Below, in pieces: positions 55,812-64,000 of a stretch of DNA of 64,000 nucleotides (position 1 is its first letter; the number at the start of each line of letters is the position of its first letter). The DNA comes from Steroidobacteraceae bacterium (GTDB lineage: Bacteria > Pseudomonadota > Gammaproteobacteria > Steroidobacterales > Steroidobacteraceae): contig JAQBHG010000036.1 in NCBI GenBank assembly GCA_032127975.1, positions 475 to 64,474 on the forward strand. The letters are read 5' to 3'. Under the pieces are notes generated by a model. That model worked only from the letters and a program-made list of their open reading frames with translations, was not told where the DNA came from and ran no database searches. The translations under genes and the position numbers were made by a program.

Positions 55812-57427
55812 TGCTCGGTCTCATGATGCAGACGCCGCTCCTGATCACCGGGATCATGCGGCACGCAGAACGGGTCAACGGGAAGACCGAAGTCGTCTCG
55901 GTCACCGCCGAGGATCCTCGCAACCGCTGCACACTTGGCGATGTATTCCGCCGCGCCCGCAAGCTCGCAAACGCGCTGACCAGGGCCGGCGTACAGCCGG
56001 GCGACCGCATCGGGACGATCGCATGGAATGACCATCGTCACCTCGAGCTGTACTACGCCGTGTCCTGCATCGGCGCAATCCTGCACACGGTGAATCCACG
56101 CCTTTATCCGGATCAGCTCACCTACATCATCAATCACGCCGGCGACCGCATGCTGTTCGCCGACCTGACCCTCGTGCCCCTGGTCGAAAAGCTGAAGCCG
56201 TCGCTCACGACCGTCGAGCGCGTCATCGTGCTCAGCAACGACTCCTATGAGGCCTTGATCTCCGACGAGCCCGATACCTTCGACTGGCCCGAGCTCGATG
56301 AACGCACGGCGAGCGCGCTGTGCTACACCTCCGGAACCACCGGCCATCCGAAGGGCGTGCTGTTTGACCACCGTTCCACGGTGCTGCACAGCTATGGCTC
56401 GGCACTGGTGGACACGATGGGCTTCGGCCGCGCCGACACGGTGCTCGCCGTCGTGCCGATGTTCCATGCGAATGCCTGGGGCCTGCCTTACAGCGCTCCG
56501 ATGGTCGGCGCGAAGCTCGTATTCCCAGGGCCGAAGATGGGCGACGGCGAGACGCTCGCTGCGCTGATCAACGAGGAGAAGGTGACGCTGGCAGCCGGCG
56601 TACCGACTGTCTGGCAACAGCTGCTCGCCTACACGCGCGAGCACGATATCGTGCTCGAATCGCTGCAACAGGTGCTGGTCGGCGGCTCGGCCTGCCCGCT
56701 GTCCATCATGAACGAATTCCGCGACCGTCATGGCGTGTGGACCATCCATGCCTGGGGCATGACCGAGATGAGCCCGCTGGGCAGCACGAACTCGAAACCA
56801 CTGCGTTATGAGCAGATGAGCGCGGCCGAGCAGGATGCATTCCGCTCGCGGCCGGGGCGCCCTCCGTTCGGCGTCGAGATGAAGATCGTGGACGATGCGG
56901 GGCATGAACTCCCCTGGGACGGCAAGAGCTCAGGCATGCTGAAGGTCCGCGGCCCGTGGGTCTGCAGTGATTACTTCAATCTGAACGAAAAAAGCGCGGC
57001 GCATGACGAGGACGGCTGGTTCGCGACCGGCGATGTCGCCAACCTGAGCGAGGACGGCACGGTGCAGATCACGGACCGGGCCAAGGACGTCATCAAGTCC
57101 GGCGGCGAATGGATCAGCTCGATCGATCTGGAGTGCGTCGCGGCCGGCCATCCAAAATTGCTGCAGGCCGCGGTGATCGGCGTGCCGCACCCGAAGTGGG
57201 ACGAGCGGCCGCTCCTGATCGCCGTGCCGCGGCCCGGCGAATCCCCGACCCGCGAGGAATTGCTCGACTGGCTGGTTGGCCGCGTCGCCAAATGGTGGAT
57301 ACCCGACGATGTCGTATTCGTCGGGAAGATTCCGCTAACCGCGACTGGCAAGATTTCGAAGCTGGAACTGCGCCAGCAGTTCAAGGACTACCGCTTCGGT
57401 GCCGGGTCGCAGGTTCGTGGTTCTTAG
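55811..57427 (+). CDS. AMP-dependent acyl-CoA synthetase/ligase
   Basis: YTSGTTGHPKGV AMP-binding motif. TAATG overlap with mmsA. Confidence 0.85.
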   Translation: MLGLMMQTPLLITGIMRHAERVNGKTEVVSVTAEDPRNRCTLGDVFRRARKLANALTRAGVQPGDRIGTIAWNDHRHLELYYAVSCIGAILHTVNPRLYPDQLTYIINHAGDRMLFADLTLVPLVEKLKPSLTTVERVIVLSNDSYEALISDEPDTFDWPELDERTASALCYTSGTTGHPKGVLFDHRSTVLHSYGSALVDTMGFGRADTVLAVVPMFHANAWGLPYSAPMVGAKLVFPGPKMGDGETLAALINEEKVTLAAGVPTVWQQLLAYTREHDIVLESLQQVLVGGSACPLSIMNEFRDRHGVWTIHAWGMTEMSPLGSTNSKPLRYEQMSAAEQDAFRSRPGRPPFGVEMKIVDDAGHELPWDGKSSGMLKVRGPWVCSDYFNLNEKSAAHDEDGWFATGDVANLSEDGTVQITDRAKDVIKSGGEWISSIDLECVAAGHPKLLQAAVIGVPHPKWDERPLLIAVPRPGESPTREELLDWLVGRVAKWWIPDDVVFVGKIPLTATGKISKLELRQQFKDYRFGAGSQVRGS

Positions 57428-57463
57428 GCACGAACCTGCGACCCAAGATGGAAATGAGACGCC

Positions 57464-58183
57464 CTAGGAGCGGCTCAGGAATCGCATGACTCCCTTGAAC
57501 GCCAGGTAGGCACTGGCCGCGATGACCACCCAGGCTCCGATGCCCAGATCCCCGATACCGCCGCCGCCACCGCCACCGCCCATCTGCTGGGCCATCTGGC
57601 CCATCATCTGTCCGAACTCGCCCATGGCCTCCATCTGCTTCTGTTGCTGCTGGTGTTGTTCCCACAGCGGGTAGAACGCCATCAGCGTGACGAGCAGAGG
57701 CCCCAGGAACGCGAGTGGCGCGAACTTGTGCTTCCAGAAATACGGCACGGCAATCGTCGCCGTGGCGAGCAGGACCAGGAAGGTCCCCTTGCCATTGCCC
57801 ATCATTCCCATGTTGTCGCTCAGCAGATTGGTCAGCTTGAAACTTATGCCGATGATTCCACCCGCGCTGATGACATTCAGGAACAGCGCCGCGACCAGGA
57901 ACACGCCGTAGGCTATTGCGACGTCCTTGCCGACATTTTCGAATACGGCCTTGGCGACCTTGCTTCCCTGCCCTGTCAGCGCCGCCATTTTTTCCTTCGC
58001 CAGATCCGCTTCATTGACTGGCGCCACGGATGACAGCCTGCCATTGGTGACGACAACATCGACTGTCAGGTTCGCCGCCGGTGCCGTGTTGCCTTGCCAT
58101 TCATTGATGCCGAAGTCGTAGCGTTGCCCTTCGGCCGACACGACGCCCTTGTCGCCACTCCACATCAGGATGGTTCCGCGCAT
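57464..58183 (-). CDS. hypothetical multi-TM protein with Q/M/G low-complexity tail
   Basis: Start at MRGTILMWSGDKG. About 4 TM helices. Contains HQQQQKQMEAMGEFGQMMGQMAQQMGGGGGGGG followed by a final TM. High GC3. Confidence 0.55.
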   Translation of the reverse strand: MRGTILMWSGDKGVVSAEGQRYDFGINEWQGNTAPAANLTVDVVVTNGRLSSVAPVNEADLAKEKMAALTGQGSKVAKAVFENVGKDVAIAYGVFLVAALFLNVISAGGIIGISFKLTNLLSDNMGMMGNGKGTFLVLLATATIAVPYFWKHKFAPLAFLGPLLVTLMAFYPLWEQHQQQQKQMEAMGEFGQMMGQMAQQMGGGGGGGGIGDLGIGAWVVIAASAYLAFKGVMRFLSRS

Positions 58184-58351
58184 TGATCTCCCCTTACGAA
58201 TTGCTGTTTTTTGCTTGTAATTGGCGGGCCTTGGGGGCCGCCCCACGGCATTTAACCTGCCTTGGCCCGGCAAGGCAAGAATTCGGCCTGACAGCGCCCC
58301 CGGGGGCTTATGTCGCTATGTGTCCGCTGGCCAGCCCCGGCAGGCGGGGCA

Positions 58352-59719
58352 CTAAGGGCCTCTCTGCGAAACGGCCGCCAGCGACCAACCGACACTTCTC
58401 AGCCGGGCAGCATTCATCGTGGCCGGCCCGAACAAGGCGTCATGCGCCTGCCAGCTATCGACGTCTTCGACATCACGCCAGTTCGATGTCAGCACACCGA
58501 GCGAAGCACTCTTTGTCAGTGATCCATGGGTGCCTGCGCGGCCGCGCAGCAACGCGAATGCGCGAACCCATCCGTAGCCGGCCTCGCGACCGTCGCTCAG
58601 CGAGAGCAGGATCGGACTGGGTTCACGCACGGCGCCGTGGAAAGCGCGCCAGATGCGATGCAGCGAATCCGGATAGTCGCTATCCAGGCTGGCGCGAAAT
58701 AACGCCGCTTGGTCGAAACTCTGCGTCGCCGGCGCATTTGTGCCGCCAAGCAGGCCCAGCGGGTCGCCGCGCAGATTCTGGTAGGTAAACGCTTCGCTGG
58801 AACCACCCATGGTCGGCCAGATCTCCGCTTCGCCACCGGCTGCCGACAGAATCGCCACCCGATCGCCGCGATTGACAGCCACCAAGTCCACGCCATCGAC
58901 CCGGGCCAGGCAACGCGCGACGTCATCGATGCGCTCGGGCCTGGCGGTGACTGCGACCGAGCCGATGATGCCAGCCAGCGAATACGCGACTTGATCGGCG
59001 CGTTCGATCTGTCGGCTTCGCTGGTAACCGCAGCTGCGCAGTTGCTTGTCGAGTGCGACATTGCGGCCCTTGACCAGCGTCGACCCATGGTCGGAGACGA
59101 TGTCCACCAGCAGCTCCCTGCCCGTGCGCTCATGCACCTGAATCTGCAGGTCAGCCAGGAATTGTTCGAGCTGGAGCAGGAACTTGATCGCGCCTTTGCG
59201 GCCTTCCACATGGAGCACCGCATCGCTTTGTTCCAGATAGGCGACGAATGTCGCCTTGTGGCTGCCGAGCACCTCGTCGCCGATCCTGCGCATATCGGTG
59301 AGCGCGACATGGTAGGCAGCGACGTAGCCGACCATGCGATGCCAACTCGAATGGTTGCTGGAATCTGCTGGCAGGTTGGGATGCGCCTTGCTGGAAAGCG
59401 AAAACAGCGTGTTGCCGACCACCCGGTTCTGCGACGGGTCGAAGCGCATCACCTGATAACCCTCGGGCGGCTCGCTGCCACCGATGGCGGCAAAAGACAC
59501 ATCCGAGAGCGAAGGAAACGGCGCAACCATGCGCGCCACTGGGCGGAAGCTTGCGAAATGGCCTTGCGACTGCAATTCCGCCAACAGCCCATAGGGAATG
59601 CCATCCACGGCCAGCACCAGGCGCTGTGGAACGCCGTCGGGAGAGAGCCTTGGATCGGGCCCGGCGGCCTGGCTGGTACCGGCGAGCATCGCCACGACCA
59701 AGGCAAGGAGAGCGGACAA
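58352..59719 (-). CDS. alkaline-phosphatase-superfamily (nucleotide pyrophosphatase/phosphodiesterase-like) secreted protein
   Basis: VLAVDGIPYG and IVSDHGS metal-ligand-type motifs. Hydrophobic N-terminus LSALLALVVAMLAGTSQAAG. The start is uncertain: TTG 59719, TTG 59701, GTG 59695 or ATG 59689. Confidence 0.6.
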   Translation of the reverse strand: MSALLALVVAMLAGTSQAAGPDPRLSPDGVPQRLVLAVDGIPYGLLAELQSQGHFASFRPVARMVAPFPSLSDVSFAAIGGSEPPEGYQVMRFDPSQNRVVGNTLFSLSSKAHPNLPADSSNHSSWHRMVGYVAAYHVALTDMRRIGDEVLGSHKATFVAYLEQSDAVLHVEGRKGAIKFLLQLEQFLADLQIQVHERTGRELLVDIVSDHGSTLVKGRNVALDKQLRSCGYQRSRQIERADQVAYSLAGIIGSVAVTARPERIDDVARCLARVDGVDLVAVNRGDRVAILSAAGGEAEIWPTMGGSSEAFTYQNLRGDPLGLLGGTNAPATQSFDQAALFRASLDSDYPDSLHRIWRAFHGAVREPSPILLSLSDGREAGYGWVRAFALLRGRAGTHGSLTKSASLGVLTSNWRDVEDVDSWQAHDALFGPATMNAARLRSVGWSLAAVSQRGP

Positions 59720-59727
59720 GCGGAATG

Positions 59728-59803
59728 TGGTGCCGGTGGAGGGAATCGAACCCCCGACCTCTCGCTTACGAAGCGACTGCTCTACCAGCTGAGCTACACC
59801 GGC
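59728..59803 (-). tRNA. tRNA-Thr (anticodon CGU)
   Basis: The 76-nt sequence folds by hand into a cloverleaf: 7-bp acceptor stem, GTTCGATTC T-loop, anticodon loop TTCGTAA, encoded CCA. Confidence 0.9.
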
Positions 59804-59854
59804 GTTGGGGGCGCGAAGTATAGGCAAGGCTTTGGCCGCGGGCAACGCCGCGGG

Positions 59855-60295
59855 TCAGCGCCGGCGCCGAACCCGGATGACGACTTCGACCCCGACCGGC
59901 TCCGTGCCTGGCGGCAGGACCGGAAGCTTTCCAAACTCGATCGCGCCCAGAGGCACGTCGATCAGCTCGCCGCTGCCCTCGATGTGAAAGTGATGATGCG
60001 GCTGCGTATTGGTATCGAAGACCCCGCGCTCCCGTTCGAACGAGAGCGCCTTCAGAAGGCCCTTGTCCGCAAACAGATTCAGCGTGTTGTAGACCGTTGC
60101 CTTCGACACGCGCGGCCCATCCCTGGCGAGCAGGCGGATCACCTGTTCGGCGCTCAGGTGCTGCTCGCGCGAAAACAGCACGTCTGCAATGCGGATGCGT
60201 TGCGCGGTCGGGTGTATTCCGTGGCTCGTGAGCAGCGCTGCCGTGCGCCTGCGGTCGGAATGGGGTATCGGGCTGGCGGCGTCCATGAGGCACAA
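59855..60295 (-). CDS. Fur-family transcriptional regulator, Irr-like (HHH motif, no CxxC zinc sites)
   Basis: ATVYNTLNLF wHTH, then FDTNTQPHHHFHIE...LIDVP, and an RVRRRR tail. No Cys pairs. Confidence 0.7.
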   Translation of the reverse strand: MCLMDAASPIPHSDRRRTAALLTSHGIHPTAQRIRIADVLFSREQHLSAEQVIRLLARDGPRVSKATVYNTLNLFADKGLLKALSFERERGVFDTNTQPHHHFHIEGSGELIDVPLGAIEFGKLPVLPPGTEPVGVEVVIRVRRRR

Positions 60296-60376
60296 ATATA
60301 CGCTCCGGCAGAAATCCGCTCAAACACAGCGCAATTGCAGCAAGGAGCGCGCGCAGAACCGCGCTAGCCTCGATGC

Positions 60377-60871
60377 ATGCCACGTGGCTACACACTGCTC
60401 GAACTGCTGGCCGCCCTCGCGCTGGTGGCGGTCCTCGCGACCCTGGCCTATCCGGGCTTTGGTGCATGGCTGCTCGACAGCCGGCGTGACGCGATTGTCA
60501 CGACCGCCATGCATGCGGTGCAAGCCGCGCGCCAGTTCGCCGCCACGCGCGGCGAGTCTACCGAGCTTTGTGGCACGATCGATGCGCTGCATTGCTCCGG
60601 TGGCGACGACTGGTCCAGGGGCCTGCTGGTTGTCGGCGCCGACGGCACTGTCCACCGCAGCCTTCCGTCATCGAAACCCGACCATGGGCCGACGATCAGG
60701 TCCAATCGAGCGGTCATTTACTTTGAGCCCGGCACGAGTTTCGCAAGTCCGGCAACGCTGACGATCTGCGACAGGCGCGGCGGTCGCGCCGCGCGCGCGG
60801 TGATCGTGAGCCGCAGCGGTCGCCCGCGCATCAGCGAACGCGACGCCACGAACCGGCAACTCAAATGCTGA
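60377..60871 (+). CDS. GspH/FimT-family type IV minor pilin
   Basis: Prepilin leader MPRG/YTLLELL with Glu at +5. Confidence 0.7.
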   Translation: MPRGYTLLELLAALALVAVLATLAYPGFGAWLLDSRRDAIVTTAMHAVQAARQFAATRGESTELCGTIDALHCSGGDDWSRGLLVVGADGTVHRSLPSSKPDHGPTIRSNRAVIYFEPGTSFASPATLTICDRRGGRAARAVIVSRSGRPRISERDATNRQLKC

Positions 60872-61320
60872 CCGAGCGACCGGCACGGGGATTCACGCTG
60901 CCCGAGGCGCTCGTTGCGATCGCCGTCATGGTGGCGGGCCTCGCGGGCTCGACCGCAATGCTTCTGCAAGCGGTCAGGCAGGAACGCGAATCTGCCAATC
61001 GCCGCGCGGCAATCCGGATTGCCGCGTCCATCGCGGACCAGTTGCGCGCGATTCGCAGGCCGGACGAACTCCCGGTCCTGGCGATCGCAGGCACCGATCC
61101 GGACGCAGCCTGCGCCGGCCACCCCGTCAGTTGCGCGCCGGAGCGAGCCGCAGAACGACTGCGCATCACCTGGGCGGCGGAAGCCGTGCTGACCTTGCCC
61201 CAAGGCTCTACGGTCACCGTAAGCGTTCCGGATCCCCGGGTGTCCGCATACCTGATTTCGGTCCGCTGGCCAGCGGCCATTGGCGGATCCGAGCGGTTCC
61301 AGCTTCCGGTAACCACGTGA
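60865..61320 (+). CDS. pilV: type IV pilus minor pilin PilV
   Basis: Leader RG/FTLPEALVAIAV. Position in the operon. Confidence 0.65.
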   Translation: MLTERPARGFTLPEALVAIAVMVAGLAGSTAMLLQAVRQERESANRRAAIRIAASIADQLRAIRRPDELPVLAIAGTDPDAACAGHPVSCAPERAAERLRITWAAEAVLTLPQGSTVTVSVPDPRVSAYLISVRWPAAIGGSERFQLPVTT

Positions 61321-62270
61321 TGCCAAACAAGGGCCTCACTCTCGTCGAAATGATGATTGCGATGGCGCTCGCGTTGATTGCGATCGCAGGGGCGCTGGCG
61401 CTTGTTGCGCGTGGCCGGGCAATGCATCGCAGCAGCGAGGCCGTGGCCAGGCTCGAGGAAACCACCGATGCCGCATTCGCGATTTTGGCCGAAGAGCTGC
61501 AGCTGGCGGGTTACCTCGGGTTGGCCAAGCCCGGCAGTCCGGTCGATGGTTCGAGCGCGGCCGGTGTCGCGGAAGCGCCCGGCTTGGCCGTGGGCGGTGG
61601 TTGCGGTGATTCGCTGGCTCTCGATCTCAACTCGGTGATCACGGCGGCCGACGGCGCCTACCGTATCGATGCAACCGCTCCACTGCGCTGTGCTGCGGGA
61701 CCAAATGCGCGGGTCGTCGCGGGCTCGGACACACTGGCATTGAGGCACGTGTCTTCGTCCGCTGCGCTGCCGGAAGCAGGTCGCTTGCAGGTCGAATCCA
61801 ATATTCGTGCGGCTCGCCTGATGGCGGATGGCAACATGCGTCTTGGCGGCGCTGCACGCGTGCACGATCTCGAAGTCAGCGTTTTCTATGTCAGTGCCGA
61901 CTCAAGTGCGCAGCGTGGCTGGCCTTCACTTAGACGCAAGCGGCTGGTCGGCGGCGGTCGGCCCGCATTTCAGGATGAAGAACTCGTCACGGGCGTCGAA
62001 GACATGCAGGTGGAATTCGGGCTCGACGATCCGGAAGACCAGGATGATGCCATCGATCGCTGGGTCACCCCGGCTGAAATACCGACGCCGGAAACACCGC
62101 GCGCCGTGCGCATCTGGATCCGCGTGCGCAGCGATATCGCGGAGAGCCCGGCCATCAAACGGCCCGCACTGGCCTATTCGAATCGCACGGAGCCATCCGT
62201 ATCGAGCCGCCATCGCCAAAAACTGTCCAGCCGCGCATTCGAACTGCGCAACCTGCGGGGCTGGCCGTGA
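61320..62270 (+). CDS. pilW: type IV pilus assembly protein PilW
   Basis: Leader MPNKG/LTLVEMMIAMAL. GTGATG overlap with pilV. About 316 aa. Confidence 0.65.
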   Translation: MPNKGLTLVEMMIAMALALIAIAGALALVARGRAMHRSSEAVARLEETTDAAFAILAEELQLAGYLGLAKPGSPVDGSSAAGVAEAPGLAVGGGCGDSLALDLNSVITAADGAYRIDATAPLRCAAGPNARVVAGSDTLALRHVSSSAALPEAGRLQVESNIRAARLMADGNMRLGGAARVHDLEVSVFYVSADSSAQRGWPSLRRKRLVGGGRPAFQDEELVTGVEDMQVEFGLDDPEDQDDAIDRWVTPAEIPTPETPRAVRIWIRVRSDIAESPAIKRPALAYSNRTEPSVSSRHRQKLSSRAFELRNLRGWP

Positions 62271-62701
62271 TGCCTGCATCCAGGGGTGCCGCACTCGCCA
62301 TCGCGCTCGTGTTGCTGGCCGGACTCTCCGCGCTGGCCCTTGCGGCGGCCGCCGCGGCGGTCACCGCACTTGCGTTGACCGGGCATCAGCAAGGCGCTGC
62401 CCATGCCCTCGAAGCGGCAGAGGCGGGAATTACCCATGCCCTGCAGGTGGCACGAGGACACGCGGGCGCGAGTTCCGCCGGACCAATTTCGCACGGCGTC
62501 GGCGAGGCGACCCTGGCGCACTTTGAAACGCGAACCACGGAAATAGAAAGCGATGGCGCGACTCCCCCTGGATTCAGCATCGGATCACCGGATTCCGCAC
62601 TTCGGGCGCAGCACTACCTGATCGTGTCAACGGGTCAGGCGACGCGGAATGCACAGCTGCGGCTTGAGCAGGGTTTCTATGTCGTGGTGCCGTACCAATG
62701 A
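62270..62701 (+). CDS. pilX: PilX-like minor pilin
   Basis: N-terminus RGAALAIALVLLAGLSALAL is typical of the PilX N-terminal domain. Overlaps the pilW stop. Confidence 0.55.
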   Translation: MPASRGAALAIALVLLAGLSALALAAAAAAVTALALTGHQQGAAHALEAAEAGITHALQVARGHAGASSAGPISHGVGEATLAHFETRTTEIESDGATPPGFSIGSPDSALRAQHYLIVSTGQATRNAQLRLEQGFYVVVPYQ

Positions 62702-64000
62702 AATGCCTCGGCCTGTCACGATTCCTGCTGAAGTCAGCGGCGATCCTGATTCTCGGATTCGCAGGCCTTGCCGGTGCGGATCCGGATGAAGCCTGGCTCA
62801 GCCGGGCGCCATTGCCGGCGAGCATCAGGCCACTGCTGGTCATCGCGATCGATACTTCCGCCTCGATGGGCGAGCGGATAAGGCTCGCCGAGCCATACGA
62901 TCCGCTGACTGACTACGCGGCCGGCGCAGCACGGCAATGCGATTCACGGCGTGTGTACTGGCGCCGCGGACCAGGCGGGGCGCCCGACTGCCTGGCGATG
63001 GCCGGCCTTGCCCTGAGTGCCACACCTGGAGAAAGCGGTTTGCAATGCGACGCCGCGCGCGCCGCGCTCGCGCGCTACGGATACTTCGTGTCCTCACGGG
63101 CAGCTCAATGGCTTCCGTCGGGAAGTCATTGGCGTACGTTGAGCGTGGAAAGCTCGGATGCCGTCGAATGCCGGAGTGACCGCGGTCATCACGGCCGCGA
63201 AGCTGGTCCATGGTTCGCCACCGACGGTCCAACCGGCCCCTGGAGCCAGAGTCCGGATTCGGAAATAGACTGGGATGCCACCCCGCTTGGCGACCCATAC
63301 ATATTCTATGCGGGCAATTTCCTGAACTACCTGGCGGCAGTGGGTCTGACCACGGAAACGACACGCATGACAGCGGTCGCCGCAGAAATCATCGCCGCGG
63401 TCTCCGCGACGGATGAACTGGACGTCGCAGTGGTCCGCTACTCTGATCGCGTGCCCGATGCCGAAGGTGGATTTATCCTGCTGGCTCCGCTATCCGCAGC
63501 GCTGGCGGTATCGCGACTGCCACCCTTGTTGAGCGGCATATCTGCATCCGGGGGTGCGCCGCTCGCCGAAACGATGGCCGAAATCGTTTCATGGCTGTCC
63601 GGTGGACTCGTGCGCTACGGCGGCGACGCGCGCGCGGATATTGCTGCCAGAGATCCGCGGGATATTGCGCACTATATTTCTCCTTTCTCGAGTCCCTGTC
63701 GGCCCGTGACCGTTGCCGTAGTGACAAGCGGCACATCATCACAGGATGCTGGAGCGGCATTCATCGCGGAGAGCCAACCCGGGTTTACGGAACTGACCGG
63801 TGGCTGCGACTCGAGTTGCCTGCCCGCAATCGGGCAGTGGTTGACGCAGTCCGACCTGCGAGAAGACCTGCCGGGGCGCCAGTTCGCGCAACTGACATGG
63901 GTCGCTCCATCGCCCCTGCCGTCTCTCGTGGCTGAATCCCTGGACCGGGCTGGCGGCAGGGTAGAAATTCTGGGAAGCCCGCTTGGCTTCGCGAATGTCG
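62698..64000 (+). CDS. pilY1: PilY1-like pilus tip adhesin, N-terminal vWA-type region (3' end outside window)
   Basis: My own translation from the ATG at 62698 is open to the window end (about 434 codons). Signal peptide, MIDAS-like LLVIAIDTSASMG, operon position after pilX. Absent from the ORF track because there is no stop in the window. Confidence 0.6.
   Translation, partial: MKCLGLSRFLLKSAAILILGFAGLAGADPDEAWLSRAPLPASIRPLLVIAIDTSASMGERIRLAEPYDPLTDYAAGAARQCDSRRVYWRRGPGGAPDCLAMAGLALSATPGESGLQCDAARAALARYGYFVSSRAAQWLPSGSHWRTLSVESSDAVECRSDRGHHGREAGPWFATDGPTGPWSQSPDSEIDWDATPLGDPYIFYAGNFLNYLAAVGLTTETTRMTAVAAEIIAAVSATDELDVAVVRYSDRVPDAEGGFILLAPLSAALAVSRLPPLLSGISASGGAPLAETMAEIVSWLSGGLVRYGGDARADIAARDPRDIAHYISPFSSPCRPVTVAVVTSGTSSQDAGAAFIAESQPGFTELTGGCDSSCLPAIGQWLTQSDLREDLPGRQFAQLTWVAPSPLPSLVAESLDRAGGRVEILGSPLGFANV

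Noticed and set aside
57412-57436. Perfect 8-bp-stem hairpin (ggttcgtg / cacgaacc) spanning the acyl-CoA synthetase stop codon, considered as a terminator
   Set aside because: No T-tract follows on either strand, so I cannot support an intrinsic terminator call.
57464-59727. Possible genomic islet integrated at the 3' end of tRNA-Thr
   Set aside because: There is no integrase or excisionase. I saw no direct repeat of the tRNA 3' end downstream, and codon usage is host-like.
59720-59845. Upstream part of ORF 58352-59845, containing GVAQLVEQSLRKREVGGSIPSTGTT
   Set aside because: This is simply the translation of the tRNA-Thr gene, not protein-coding sequence.

Overview
This is a GC-rich chromosomal window with strong GC3 bias. 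Its gene order looks gammaproteobacterial (Pseudomonas/Xanthomonas type): lptG-lptF divergent from pepA-holC-valS, DUF2066-hda divergent from purM-purN, dcd-apbC, aceE-aceF-lpd, and pyrC-rnt. I support about 60 protein-coding genes, one tRNA-Thr(CGU) and one short gene relic. I saw no rRNA, CRISPR array, integrase or transposase. Most of the content is housekeeping. The non-core content worth attention is: (1) A tightly packed three-gene module at 28.1-32.7 kb, made of a HEAT-repeat Hanks Ser/Thr kinase followed by two divergent PilT-like ATPases. It is wedged between apbC and metG, which are normally adjacent and divergent. This is my best candidate for an undescribed system. (2) A MoxR / DUF58 / transglutaminase triad whose first gene overlaps the valS stop codon. 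(3) A 3.7 kb segment at 45.5-49.2 kb bracketed by two copies of the 3' end of an EAL-domain gene, one of them a 31-codon relic. The segment includes a 0.7 kb stretch with no convincing gene. (4) An Irr-type Fur-family regulator next to a fimT-pilV-pilW-pilX-pilY1 minor-pilin operon. The pilY1-like ORF runs off the window end and is missing from the supplied ORF track. (5) A tRNA-Thr whose CCA end abuts a secreted alkaline-phosphatase-superfamily gene. Many long ORFs antisense to real genes are stop-codon-poor GC artefacts and were rejected. All calls come from reading motifs and synteny by eye; no database search was possible.
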